Source: Candidatus Latescibacterota bacterium
GTDB taxonomy: Bacteria > Latescibacterota > UBA2968 > UBA8231
Reading direction: 5' to 3'
DNA length: 64,000 nt
NCBI GenBank assembly: GCA_965203175.1
Contig: OZ241867.1
Span: 2,816,001 to 2,880,000, forward strand
In this document: piece by piece, positions 49,501 through 58,843 of the stretch
Layout: every line of letters begins with the position of its first letter
Position numbering within the stretch: position 1 is the stretch's first letter
Program-made: the position numbers and the translations under genes
Notes under the pieces: model-generated
Database searches by the model: none
What the model was told of the DNA's origin: nothing
Seen by the model: the letters and a program-made list of their open reading frames with translations, nothing else

Positions 49501-52500
49501 ATCACCGAGGTGGATAAGAGCTTGGTGGCCGGGTCGTTTTTTGCCGCGGATGACGAGGCTACCTGCATCCTGCCATTGGACATGGCTGAGGCGTTGGGCG
49601 TCGGGGTTGGGGACCAGATCGAGGTGTTCGGGCGCGCGCTGGAGGTGCGCGGGATTGCCGACTCAGAGCGGTTGGGTGAATTGCGCGACCTCGACGACGA
49701 GAGCATGATGCCAGCCGATTTTGTCCTGTCGAGCGCAGAGATGCTTCAGCTAGGGACGGCGCAGGACGTGGATATTGCCAGCGAGGAGGAGCTACGCGAA
49801 CTGCGGCCCTTCATCCACCTAAAGCCGCACCACGTGGTCCTCGTACCCTATCAAACGCTGGCCGAGGCCGGGGGCAGCTTGCGCTCGGTGGCCGTGCGCT
49901 TTCCAGAAGCGACCGACGGGCAGGCGCTGGTCGAGGACTATCTGACGCGGGTAGCGGTTACCTTGTTCGTCAGCTCGCCGGCAGGGGAGGTGATGGCCCT
50001 CAGTTCGGTGGGACTGACGGCTGTGCAGGGGCTGGGGGCGCTGGCGATTCCTGCGCTGGTGGCCGCACTCATTGTACTCAATGCGATGCTGGGGGCGGTG
50101 TACGAACGCCTGCGCGAGATCGGCATCTACTCTTCGGTGGGGCTGGCACCCTTGCACATCGCGCTGCTGTTTGTGGCCGAAGCCTGTGTCTATGCGGTGC
50201 TGGGGACGACGTTGGGCTATTTGTTGGGTCAGGGGTTGGGGAAGGTGCTGTTGGCGCTGGGGCTGTTGCAGGGCATTACCCTGAACTACTCGTCGCTGGC
50301 GGCGATTGGGGCCGCGCTGGCGGTGATGGGGGTGGTGTTGCTATCGACGATCTATCCGGCGCGGCAGGCGGCGCGGCAGGCGGTGCCAGACGTGGTGCGT
50401 CGCTGGCGGCCGGACCCGCCCAGCGGCGACGAGTGGCTGTTTGAGTTCCCCTTCATGCTCGGTGAGGGAGAGGTCGAGGGGGTGTGCGGCTTTTTGGCCA
50501 ACTACTTTGGGGCCTTTGGTCGGGCGACGCTGGGGGATTTTTACGTCGAGGATATGCAAGTTGCGCAGGCCGATGGCTATCGCCTCTCGTTTACCCTATG
50601 GCTGGCCCCGTTTGACTTGGGAGTGAGCCAAGAGGTGGTCGTGGAGTTCGCGTCGGCTGGTGCGCGCACGCGGGCGATGGAAGTCCGGTTGCGCCGACTG
50701 AGTGGCGAGCATCACTACTGGCAGCGGCTCAACCTGCGGCTGGTAGAGGCCCTGCGCAAGCAGATGTTGATTTGGTACGCACTCCGGGAGGCCGAGCGCG
50801 TCCAGCACGTGGAGTCAGCGCGGGCGCTGGCAGCCGAGCAGACCGAGGAGCGCGTGGAGGAACAATCGGGAGCGGAATCGCCGGTGTCCTTTACTTGGCG
50901 GGGGTTTGCCGTGGGGGCGCTGTTGGCCTTGTGCATCGGCGTGGGGGCACCCTACGCGATAATTATGCTGCAAGGGTCGTACATGGCGCTCAACAGTTCG
51001 TCACCCGGGGCGATCTTTCTGTTTTTTATCTTGGTGGTGGTGGTCAATACCCTGCTACGGGCGCTGGGCCGCGGCCTCGCCTTGGGGCGGGCCGATTTGG
51101 TGCTCATTTACGCGATGATGCTGTTGGCCTCGGCCGTGCCGACGCAGGCATTTGTCGGCTACCTGATTCCGATCATCAGCGGGCTGTACTACTACGCGAC
51201 CCCGGAAAACAACTGGGGTGACATTTTCTTTCCGCACGTGACGCCGTGGCTGGCGCCGCAGGACCGACAGGCGATTGTCGATTTGCACGAGGGGCTGCCG
51301 CCCGGGGAGGGCATTCCGTGGGCGGCTTGGAGCGAGACCCTGAGCTATTGGTACGTGTTCTTTTTAGTGCTGAGTTTTATGATGCTCTGCATGAGTTCCA
51401 TCCTGCACCGGCAGTGGTCGCAGCACGAGCGGCTGGCCTATCCCATGGTGCAACTGCCGCTCAAGATGGTAGAGGAGGGCCGGCCGGGGTCTAAGCTGGG
51501 GCCGCTTTTTAAGCAGCGGCTGTTGTGGATCGGCTTTGCGGTGCCGTTTGTCTTGTTGTCGCTCAAGGGGCTGCACTACTACTTCCCGGCAGTGCCACTG
51601 CCGATCCAGTCGGCTGGGCAACTGCCGTGGATCGGCACTAAGCTGAATTCGCATTGGGTGTATGCGTGGATCGGCTTTTTCTATTTGGTCAACTTGGATA
51701 TTTCCTTTTCAATTTGGTTTTTCTACCTCTTCAACAAGGCGCAAGAGGGGATTTTCTCCTCGTTGGGCATTGCCAGTACCGAAAAGCTCAGTCTCTACTC
51801 CTACTCGCAGACTGCGGATCTGACGCACGAGGTGATGGGGGCCTGTCTGATTTTTGTTGGCTATACCTTGTGGATGGGGCGGCGGCACTTGGGGGCGGTA
51901 TGGCGCAAGGCGTGGCGCGGCGATCCGACGGTGGATGATTCAGGAGAAATGCTTTCCTATCGGGTGGCGTTCTTTGGCTTTTTGGCCAGCCTGCTTTTCG
52001 TGGGCGTGTGGCTGTGGGCGTCTGGGGTGCCGCTGGCGATTTTGCCGCTGTTTTTGCTAGTGTGCTTGATCTTCTACGTGTTCGTCACGCGGGCAGTAGC
52101 CACGGCCGGACTAGCGACGGCGCGCTCGCCGATGGTGGCGGCGTTTTTCGTCATTTCCGCGGTTGGCGCACCGGTGATTGGTGCCAAGGGGCTGACGGCC
52201 CTGACCTTTACCTACGTCTGGCAGTCTGAGATGCGGCTTTTTCCGATGATTGCCGCGGCCAATTCGCTCAAGCTGGCCGAGGCGGTGGTTGGCTCTAAAA
52301 GGCGGCTGTTTTGGGGGATGGCGCTGGCGTTGGTGGTGAGTTTAGCCGGGGCGACGTGGATTATTTTTCAGGTGTGCTATGAGCACGGCGGGATCAATTT
52401 GCATCCGTTTTTTATGACCCGTCAGGCCAATCGCACGTTTACCGATATGGCGCGGCCGATCGTCGATCCGCTGCCAGCCGATATGCGCGGTTGGTTGTTC

Positions 52501-52803
52501 ACCGGCATCGGCGGACTCTTTGAGGCCGTGCTCTTGTGGGGACATCATCGGTTTTACTGGTGGCCGTTGCACCCGCTGGGGTTTATCGTCAGCGTTGGCT
52601 GGCTGGCTAATCAGGTGTGGTTTTCGGTGTTCATCGCGTGGGCGCTCAAGTTGGGCATTGTCAAGTGGGGTGGGATGCCGCTCTACGAGCGGGCCAAGCC
52701 CTTTTTCCTAGGGCTGATTTTGGGCGAGGCGACCGCGGCCGGATTGTGGCTGTGCATCGATGGCGTGTTGGAAGAAACCGGGCATTTTCTGTCGTATATG
52801 TGA
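46546..52803 (+). CDS. ~2085-aa fusion: degenerate M28/PA ectodomain + MacB/FtsX permease + DUF6785/6784-type multipass domain
   Basis: N-terminal ~1430 aa are collinear with 2779..7386 and C-terminal ~640 aa with <1..1803; one uninterrupted frame with a charged linker at ~50790-50890; signal peptide at ATG 46546. Confidence 0.85.
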   Translation: MTALIAFLVVFAIGPVAASTGPRAVVEHLSSLGSRVAGYPGSAQAAEYIEGQLQALGLATRRDSFAVVVPMDRGGRLEWEDESVALYAVWPNGVRTSTVPPEGLRVPAIWGGDGNWGDFNGREVAGRVVVLDFASEDAWLKAASLGARAVVFVAAESATTQQAQGKYVQVPLDVPRFWVEGAAGERLRRRLVDGEVEVGLWGRMDWQKRMAYNVWAVVPGKDAGTLRDKTVLVHAYYDAPSVVPARAPGAEAAVSVAALLEVATRLRENPPAHTVILAALSAHFQGRQGMVAFLDRHARRQEHYAARLAEPLDIALFIGLDLSSHGERVVLWNNTDSYALKRFFVPFGRRFTEYAEALGRGEAVANGISPIRGMDWDSYMPGGLAADGELALEAGFPSLTLATVGDARFALDLPLGEKLAWDNVEGQAALVADLLAHALADTALLAGRERLEAVLKDRLRDLRVKARTFPRRSQVPDRPVAGALVAVQVEQEERKGVRDVRYFLTDAAGLARVPGLVQGTYPLVVAVLNAERGTLTHVVNLSKRAQAHHGKPRADGRLAKNVRWLQNEQIAVLFPGVGRPLYGLVEPRLLRALNQVKVLSAAGSEPGQYGYALGSSSIGSVGVIYGPVDATAGDRVKVILDGQFLLLNSEGSQSEAEARGQGFLLIEEGFGSATLQAARDLWNLDAARLGILKEHGIENQRLTRLHAQTATAIAEAEVAAEQLKWDEHVAWSRKALGLETRAYPEVLATLNDVLEGVIFFMALLLPAAFFGERLLFAAADIRRQLAGFGLLLLAIWLILAQVHPAFELAEPLVVLLAFAIMAMAAFVLFMLVSRFNRVMAQHQSQQMRVHTQDLSRLSASYAAFMLGISNMRRRPLRTGLTLATLTLLTFTLLSFTSFEQQIRYASFRLPHAGAYPGILIRDRGWERLTPEALDYAESHFGGSGWMGRRGWYAAEGGKGGWIAVAAAGNAVRATGLLGLTPEEAQITEVDKSLVAGSFFAADDEATCILPLDMAEALGVGVGDQIEVFGRALEVRGIADSERLGELRDLDDESMMPADFVLSSAEMLQLGTAQDVDIASEEELRELRPFIHLKPHHVVLVPYQTLAEAGGSLRSVAVRFPEATDGQALVEDYLTRVAVTLFVSSPAGEVMALSSVGLTAVQGLGALAIPALVAALIVLNAMLGAVYERLREIGIYSSVGLAPLHIALLFVAEACVYAVLGTTLGYLLGQGLGKVLLALGLLQGITLNYSSLAAIGAALAVMGVVLLSTIYPARQAARQAVPDVVRRWRPDPPSGDEWLFEFPFMLGEGEVEGVCGFLANYFGAFGRATLGDFYVEDMQVAQADGYRLSFTLWLAPFDLGVSQEVVVEFASAGARTRAMEVRLRRLSGEHHYWQRLNLRLVEALRKQMLIWYALREAERVQHVESARALAAEQTEERVEEQSGAESPVSFTWRGFAVGALLALCIGVGAPYAIIMLQGSYMALNSSSPGAIFLFFILVVVVNTLLRALGRGLALGRADLVLIYAMMLLASAVPTQAFVGYLIPIISGLYYYATPENNWGDIFFPHVTPWLAPQDRQAIVDLHEGLPPGEGIPWAAWSETLSYWYVFFLVLSFMMLCMSSILHRQWSQHERLAYPMVQLPLKMVEEGRPGSKLGPLFKQRLLWIGFAVPFVLLSLKGLHYYFPAVPLPIQSAGQLPWIGTKLNSHWVYAWIGFFYLVNLDISFSIWFFYLFNKAQEGIFSSLGIASTEKLSLYSYSQTADLTHEVMGACLIFVGYTLWMGRRHLGAVWRKAWRGDPTVDDSGEMLSYRVAFFGFLASLLFVGVWLWASGVPLAILPLFLLVCLIFYVFVTRAVATAGLATARSPMVAAFFVISAVGAPVIGAKGLTALTFTYVWQSEMRLFPMIAAANSLKLAEAVVGSKRRLFWGMALALVVSLAGATWIIFQVCYEHGGINLHPFFMTRQANRTFTDMARPIVDPLPADMRGWLFTGIGGLFEAVLLWGHHRFYWWPLHPLGFIVSVGWLANQVWFSVFIAWALKLGIVKWGGMPLYERAKPFFLGLILGEATAAGLWLCIDGVLEETGHFLSYM

Positions 52804-52865
52804 ATCTGTATATACCTATATATTGTCATTGTATCTATATTTACACATTATGTTGTATATAACGG
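52804..52865 (+). promoter_or_regulatory. AT-rich promoter/operator region upstream of the TBDR
   Basis: TGTAT(A/C)TA three times (52807, 52830, 52854); the first contains the palindrome GTATATAC. Confidence 0.5.
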
Positions 52866-52925
52866 GGCGGTTCGCTAGCTGTTTAGAGTTTAATCACGTC
52901 AGACACTTAATCGGGAGGATTTATT

Positions 52926-55598
52926 ATGCGGAGCATGGATGCGGACTTGGCCGGTCTAATGCGCCTATTGGGGACGGCGGCCCTGAGCCTCGTCCTCGTC
53001 AGTTCGCTCGTCATCGGGCAGGCGGCATGGTCCGAGGAAGCTGAGACGGAGGAAGAGGACGAGGAAGGGGCCTATACCGAGGACATCTATCTGATGGAAG
53101 AAGCCATCGTCGTGGGGTCGCGCCACGCGCCGCGCTCGGAGAAGGAGTCGGCCGCGCCCGTAGATGTGCTGAATGCCGACCAACTGCGCACGCAGGCTGC
53201 GGTCGATATGGACGACATGCTGCGCACCCTGGCTCCGTCGTACAATATTCAGCGGCACGGTATTGACGACGAAGCGACCTTGGTGCGCCCGGCCACGCTG
53301 CGGGGCCTGCCGCCGGACAACCTGCTGGTGCTGGTCAACGGCAAGCGCCGCCATCGCTCCGGCGTAATCGCACTGCTGGGCAGTTCGCTCAATACGGGGT
53401 CGCAAGGGCCGGATTTGAGCGTGATCCCGGCCATTGCCTTGACGCAAATGGAACTGCTGCGCGACGGCGCGGCGGCCCAGTACGGATCCGACGCCATCGC
53501 CGGGGTGCTGAATCTGCGATTGCGCGAAGCCTCCGAAGGGGTGCTAATGGAATCGCGAGCAGGCCAGTACTTCGAGGGCGACGGCCGCTTGTCCCAAGTC
53601 GCGGCCAATGTCGGCCTGCCGCTTAGCGAGGACGGTTTTTTCAACGTCAGCGTCGAGTACCGCCAGAGCGATCCAACCATCCGCAGTGGTCAACGCACCA
53701 ATGCGGAGACGCTGAGAAATAGGGGCTATCCTGTCAAAGAGCCGGCGCAGATTTGGGGCAGTCCCGACCTCGACGGCGTGTGGAATACTTTTTTCAACAG
53801 TGGAGTTGATCTCGGCAATGGATCTGAAGCCTATAGCTTCGGTGGCTGGGCCAAGCGCCGCGCCGAAGGAGGCTTTTTCTTTCGCGCTCCGGGTACTTCC
53901 TCGGCGCGCAGCAGCGTATTTCGCATTGGCGATCAGCGGGCCGTAGCCGATCTCGATCCCGACGACGATGTTGATCCTGCGAACTTGGAAGTGCCCTCTC
54001 TGGACGCGCCCTTCCAAGAGGTCGAGGGTTTTGTCGAGCAGTATAAGGACGATCTCTTCCTATTCAACGAGCGCTTTCCCGGTGGTTTTACGCCGCGCTT
54101 TGGAGCCGACATCCTCGATATGAGCTTGGTGGCTGGCCTGCGCAGTGCCCGCTCTGGCGGCCTCAAGTGGGATGCCAGTGTCAGCGCCGCCCGCAGCAAT
54201 ATCGAATTTTTCATCTTCAATACCATCAACGCCTCGCTGGGGCCGGACACGCCGACATCGTTCCGCCCGCGCGACTACATCCAGACCGAAGTCGCGGCCA
54301 ACCTCGACTTCTCCTACGCGATGGAGGTGGGTGGTTTGGCCTCGCCGCTCGGCCTCGCTTGGGGTGCGGAATGGCGCCAAGAGACGTTCGAGTCCGTGGC
54401 TGGCGATGAAGCCTCCTACGTGGTGGGCCCCTTTGCGCCCCAGGGCTTTAGCAGCGGTTCCAATGGCTATCAGGGGCTGCACCCAAGTAACGCCGGCAAG
54501 TGGGATCGCCCCAACTATGCCTTGTACGTGGATTTGCAGGCAGACGTAGTGCCGCAGCTCCAGCTAGGCACGGCCGTGCGCTACGAGGATTTCTACGCCG
54601 ATTTTGGCAATACCCTCAACGGCAAGCTCTCGGCCCTGTTGCGGGCTAGCGACCGGGTCAACCTGCGCTCGACGGTTAGCACTGGGTTCCGCGCTCCGTC
54701 GCCCGGCCAGGCCAATCTCCGCGCCGTGACCACCGGCTTTTCCGGCACCGGCGGCTTGACTGAGCAGGGGCAGGTGCCGCCCACCCATCCCATAGCCGCG
54801 GCCTTGGGCGGTGAGGAACTGACTGAGGAGAAGTCCGTGGGATTTTCCGTCGGCACCGCCATGGAACTCACCGACGATTTCGATCTGACCCTCGACTACT
54901 TCGCCATTGACATCGAGGACCGCATCGCCCTGACCGGAAATATCAAGATCACCGACCAAATCGCCCAGATCATCCGGGACGATGAATCCCTCCAGGGCGT
55001 CAGCGTCCTCCAAGAGGTCAAGTTCTTCTCCAATGACTTTGATACCCGCACCCAGGGTATTGACTTGGTGCTGTCGTGGACGCGGACGTGGAACCCCCAA
55101 TCCCTGTCTCACATCGATGTCGCCTATAACTGGACCCGGACCACGCTTGAGGACTTTTCGCAAGAGCGGACAAGAGACGAATTTCTGGGCAAACCCTTGG
55201 ACGAACCGATCAAATTCAAACTGATGACGCCCCGGCGCGAGGTGGAACTGGAGGAAATGAACCCCGAGCACCGCTTGGTGGTTACCGGCAGTCACCAAAT
55301 GGGCGCTTGGAGCGGTATGCTGCGGCCCAGCTACTTCAGCGCTTGGAAAGCCTGCCGCTTCCAAGACAACAGTTGCGGTGATCTCGACGCCTTTGACGGA
55401 GGCGTCATTGTCGATGCCGAAATAGGCTATGCCTTTGGCGATAGCTATCAGTTGAGCTTGGGGGCGCAGAATATTTTAGACTCAGTGCCCGAAACCGCGC
55501 CCGAAGAGACCGCAGGCCAGGGCAATCTGCGCCCGGAAAGCACGCCTTGGGATTACAATGGTGCTTTCTGGTACACGCGCTTATTTGTGGAATTTTAG
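52926..55598 (+). CDS. TonB-dependent receptor, substrate unknown
   Basis: GGAGG RBS; VVGSR, LRGLPPD..LVLVNGKRRH, LRDGAAAQYGSDAIAGVLN; C-terminal Phe. Confidence 0.93.
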   Translation: MRSMDADLAGLMRLLGTAALSLVLVSSLVIGQAAWSEEAETEEEDEEGAYTEDIYLMEEAIVVGSRHAPRSEKESAAPVDVLNADQLRTQAAVDMDDMLRTLAPSYNIQRHGIDDEATLVRPATLRGLPPDNLLVLVNGKRRHRSGVIALLGSSLNTGSQGPDLSVIPAIALTQMELLRDGAAAQYGSDAIAGVLNLRLREASEGVLMESRAGQYFEGDGRLSQVAANVGLPLSEDGFFNVSVEYRQSDPTIRSGQRTNAETLRNRGYPVKEPAQIWGSPDLDGVWNTFFNSGVDLGNGSEAYSFGGWAKRRAEGGFFFRAPGTSSARSSVFRIGDQRAVADLDPDDDVDPANLEVPSLDAPFQEVEGFVEQYKDDLFLFNERFPGGFTPRFGADILDMSLVAGLRSARSGGLKWDASVSAARSNIEFFIFNTINASLGPDTPTSFRPRDYIQTEVAANLDFSYAMEVGGLASPLGLAWGAEWRQETFESVAGDEASYVVGPFAPQGFSSGSNGYQGLHPSNAGKWDRPNYALYVDLQADVVPQLQLGTAVRYEDFYADFGNTLNGKLSALLRASDRVNLRSTVSTGFRAPSPGQANLRAVTTGFSGTGGLTEQGQVPPTHPIAAALGGEELTEEKSVGFSVGTAMELTDDFDLTLDYFAIDIEDRIALTGNIKITDQIAQIIRDDESLQGVSVLQEVKFFSNDFDTRTQGIDLVLSWTRTWNPQSLSHIDVAYNWTRTTLEDFSQERTRDEFLGKPLDEPIKFKLMTPRREVELEEMNPEHRLVVTGSHQMGAWSGMLRPSYFSAWKACRFQDNSCGDLDAFDGGVIVDAEIGYAFGDSYQLSLGAQNILDSVPETAPEETAGQGNLRPESTPWDYNGAFWYTRLFVEF

Positions 55599-55620
55599 TG
55601 CGGAAATTACCTGCCTCGCA

Positions 55621-55663
55621 GCGGCCTAGGGCGACGTAGCAACGGCAAGTTGCCCTAGGCCGC
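55621..55663. terminator. Strong hairpin between convergent genes (terminator or REP-derived)
   Basis: GCGGCCTAGGGCGAC / GTTGCCCTAGGCCGC, 12 perfect bp plus 3; no U-tract. Confidence 0.6.
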
Positions 55664-55671
55664 CGAACTCC

Positions 55672-57126
55672 TCAACAGCGCACCACATCCTCGACGGCTG
55701 CGACTGGCAGGGTGTCTTCGTGCAGGGGCTGCACTGTTTGTCCCCACGCCGTCAGAAGATGCATATCCCGCGTCAGTTCAGTGCAGCGCTGGGCTACCTG
55801 CTCTGGATCCCAACCAGCGTAGAGTTGGTCGAGCAGCTCTTGCCGCAGGGCAGCGTAGGCACCAGCGCTGCCCAAGTCGTTCCATTCCCCTGGGTCGTCT
55901 GCTAGATTGAACAAAGCCGGTGGGGTGTCGTCGTGGTATTTGTAGAGTTTCCACGGTCCCTGCCGGATCATGCGCGAAGGAGGATCGCCGCGCGAGGGCC
56001 CCAATTCGCTGAGGGTAGTATCGGGGCGGGCATTATCTGCGTGACCCTGTAGTTCGCGCCACAGAGAATGGCCGTCTCCCGCGGGCAGGGGCTCGCCGCC
56101 GGCCACTTCTACGGCGGTGGGTGCCCAATCGAGCAAATTGCACAGCACGGGGTTTTCCACGCCCGCTGGTATCACGTCGGGCAAACGGGCGATGAAGGGA
56201 ACGCCGACCGAGCCTTCGTAGTAGTTGCTCTTCCACCAGCAGCCGTGCTCGCCGGCCATCTCGCCGTGGTCGCTGGAGTAGATCACCAACGTATTGTCGC
56301 GCAAGCCGGTCTCGTCGAGTTTGTCGAGGAGTTGGCCGACTTTGCGGTCGAAGTATTCGCACAGACCAAAATAGGCCGCTCGCGCCACGCGGATGCGCTC
56401 TTCGGGCAGGGGTTCGTCGATGAGGCGGCGCTTTTTGAAATTAGTCACTGCCGCTGGCTCTCTGGTCGGGTCGGGTTGCGGCACATCGACGCGGTCGTAG
56501 TAATAATCGTAGAGATCCTTGGGGGCGAAGAATGGGCAGTGTGGCAGCACAAAGCCCGCTACTGCGGCAAAGGGCCGGTCGGGCGTTTGCGCCTTTTCCT
56601 CCAAATAGGCGCAAGCCGCCTCGGCGACTCGGTCGTCAAAGGCTTGGTACGTAGTGCGGCCGTACCCGGCTATTTCTACACATTCACGAGTCTGGCCCGA
56701 CGTGCTGGAGGGAATGTTCTTGAACAGCGGCCCGCCCTGTTGGGCTGCACCCGGATGTCGGGCGGTGTGCTCGCCGATGGGCCGGCGCTCAAAGCCGTGG
56801 CGCTGGTCGGGGCCGACAAAGTGCATGCGGCCAAGCAGCGCGGTCTCGTATCCAGCCGCGCCCACGGCGTGAGCCCAAGTCGGCAGCGCCGAGTTGAGGA
56901 TGTGGTCGTTGCCCCAGACTTGGTTGGCGCTGGGCCGCCGCCCGGTCATAAAGGCCATGCGCGCTGGCGCGCACAAAGGCGAGGGAGTGTACGCATTGGC
57001 AAAGCGCATGCCCTCGCTGGCCAAGCGGTCGAGGTGCGGGGTGCGCACCAGTGGGTCGCCGTAGCAGCCGAGGTGGAATTTGCTGTGCTGGTCGGAGAGG
57101 ATGAAGAGGATATTGGGTCGGGCCAT
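55672..57126 (-). CDS. Formylglycine-dependent sulfatase (choline-sulfatase-like)
   Basis: PNILFILSDQH, CAPAR (CxPxR), GRMHF, SDHGEMAGEHG.W.K, LFNL..DP.E. Confidence 0.93.
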   Translation of the reverse strand: MARPNILFILSDQHSKFHLGCYGDPLVRTPHLDRLASEGMRFANAYTPSPLCAPARMAFMTGRRPSANQVWGNDHILNSALPTWAHAVGAAGYETALLGRMHFVGPDQRHGFERRPIGEHTARHPGAAQQGGPLFKNIPSSTSGQTRECVEIAGYGRTTYQAFDDRVAEAACAYLEEKAQTPDRPFAAVAGFVLPHCPFFAPKDLYDYYYDRVDVPQPDPTREPAAVTNFKKRRLIDEPLPEERIRVARAAYFGLCEYFDRKVGQLLDKLDETGLRDNTLVIYSSDHGEMAGEHGCWWKSNYYEGSVGVPFIARLPDVIPAGVENPVLCNLLDWAPTAVEVAGGEPLPAGDGHSLWRELQGHADNARPDTTLSELGPSRGDPPSRMIRQGPWKLYKYHDDTPPALFNLADDPGEWNDLGSAGAYAALRQELLDQLYAGWDPEQVAQRCTELTRDMHLLTAWGQTVQPLHEDTLPVAAVEDVVRC

Positions 57127-57217
57127 AGGTGAGCTACTCTCGGTACCTACTGTCACTTTAGTTCGTTCATTCGAACAAGGGTGTGAAAGTTAGAAAAAAA
57201 TGAGAGGAAATGCACTT

Positions 57218-58843
57218 CTACGGTTCTTCGACTCGCAGGACCTGATCGACGGTGACGTTTTCGAGGGTCTGTACTTGACCGGAGGGCCACGTGATTTCGA
57301 CGCGGGCACGGGTGGCCGTTCCCAAGCCGAAGTGGAGCCGCGGGTCGTGGCTGGCCAAGTAGCTGCCGCCCGATTGGCGCTCCTGGGTCTGCCGGACGCC
57401 GCCAGCGGTGACGGCCACGCGGGCACCGAGGGCGTCGGGATGGGTCCGGCCGGTGAGGAAGATTTGCAGCCAGTGGTGGCGGTGGCCACTGTCGTTGCGC
57501 AACAGGCGCGGTGGAGCGGCCACGGTGGTGACTAGCAGGTCGAGATCGCCGTCGTCGTCGTAGTCGGCCACGGCTGTGCCGCGCCCGACATTGGCTTGAG
57601 CGAAGGCTGGTCCCATACTGGCAGAGACGTCGGCGAAGTGTTGGCCGTCCTCGTTGCGGAATAGCTGATTGGTCTGGCGGTAGGTCTGGGTCGAGTCCCA
57701 TTCGGCGACCACGTCCATGACGTGTCCGTTGGCGACAAAGAGGTCGAGGTCGCCGTCCAAGTCGTAGTCGAAAAAGCGGGTGCCAAAGCCGAGGGGCCGG
57801 AGCGAGGCCTCACCCAGTCCGAGCCGCCCAGAGGCAATGGTGAACTGGCCTTGGCCGTCGTTTTGGTAGAGCGTGTTGGTCTCAAAGGCAAAATTAGTGA
57901 CGAAAAGGTCCATGTCGCCATCGCGGTCGTAATCGCCGAAGTCAGTGCCCATGCCGGCCTCGGCGTGGCCGTGCTCGTCGTAGCGGGTGCCGGCCGCCTG
58001 ACCGACCTCGGCGAAAGTGCCGCGCTGATTCTCGTAGAGAAAGTTCATCGTCCCGTCGTTGGCCACGTAGAGATCGGTATCGCCGTCCAAGTCGTAGTCG
58101 GCAAACGCTACGCCGAGGCCGCGGCCCTCTAAGGTGATGCCGGCGGGGTCGCTGACGTCGGTGAAGCGGTCGCCGTCGTTGCGGTAGAGGATGTCGCCGA
58201 TTGGGGAATAGGCGGCCGGCTCGCAGTAGGAACGGGTCTTGCCGACCTTGCAGACGATATTGGCGTCGAGGCGGAAGTGAACGTAGTTGGCGACGAAGAG
58301 GTCGAGGTCGCCGTCCAAGTCGTAGTCGAAAAAGCCGGCGCTGGTACCCCAGCGTGGGTCTTCGACGCCGACCCCATTGCGGGCGAAGGTACCGCTGTCA
58401 TTGCGATAGAGGGCGTTGGGCCCGTAGTTGGCGACGAAGAGGTCCTGATCGCCATCGCCGTCGTAGTCGGCGGCCGCAACTCCGAAGCCGTAGCCCGGGT
58501 CGGCTGCGGCGGTGGGGCCGCTGGCGTTGTGGAAGGTTCCTTGGCCCTGATTTTGGTAGAGGTGATTGCGCGGCAAGGGGTCGGGGGGGAGTCCTTTTAG
58601 GTAGGTGCCGTTGACTAGGTAGAGATCGAGGTCCCAATCGCCGTCGTAGTCGAGGAAGGCGGCCCCACCGCCGAATGTTTCGACGTAGTAGTACTCCCCG
58701 GAAAAGCCATTGAAGTGGGTAAAGTCCAAGCCAGCGTCCCGGCCGACATCGACAAAGTGGATCGGGGCAGCGGGCGCAGGAGGCTCAGCGGTGCAGCCGC
58801 TCAACAGCGCGAGGGCGGCCAGCCAAGGCCACGAAGTACTCAC
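57218..58843 (-). CDS. CRTAC1-family protein (FG-GAP/VCBS repeats + ASPIC/UnbV), probable lipoprotein
   Basis: LSGC lipobox; repeated DYDxDGDxDLFVAN; ALGARV, GGSYLAS.D.RLHFGLG, WPSG. Confidence 0.92.
   Translation of the reverse strand: MSTSWPWLAALALLSGCTAEPPAPAAPIHFVDVGRDAGLDFTHFNGFSGEYYYVETFGGGAAFLDYDGDWDLDLYLVNGTYLKGLPPDPLPRNHLYQNQGQGTFHNASGPTAAADPGYGFGVAAADYDGDGDQDLFVANYGPNALYRNDSGTFARNGVGVEDPRWGTSAGFFDYDLDGDLDLFVANYVHFRLDANIVCKVGKTRSYCEPAAYSPIGDILYRNDGDRFTDVSDPAGITLEGRGLGVAFADYDLDGDTDLYVANDGTMNFLYENQRGTFAEVGQAAGTRYDEHGHAEAGMGTDFGDYDRDGDMDLFVTNFAFETNTLYQNDGQGQFTIASGRLGLGEASLRPLGFGTRFFDYDLDGDLDLFVANGHVMDVVAEWDSTQTYRQTNQLFRNEDGQHFADVSASMGPAFAQANVGRGTAVADYDDDGDLDLLVTTVAAPPRLLRNDSGHRHHWLQIFLTGRTHPDALGARVAVTAGGVRQTQERQSGGSYLASHDPRLHFGLGTATRARVEITWPSGQVQTLENVTVDQVLRVEEP

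Noticed and set aside
50780-50900. Fusion as a lost-stop artefact
   Set aside because: The junction encodes a plausible charged helical linker at the position where the shorter paralog ends, with no obvious internal ATG start; not fully excluded without reads.
52840-52865. ModE box (TATATAACG half-site)
   Set aside because: No matching left half-site at the expected spacing and no molybdate genes nearby.
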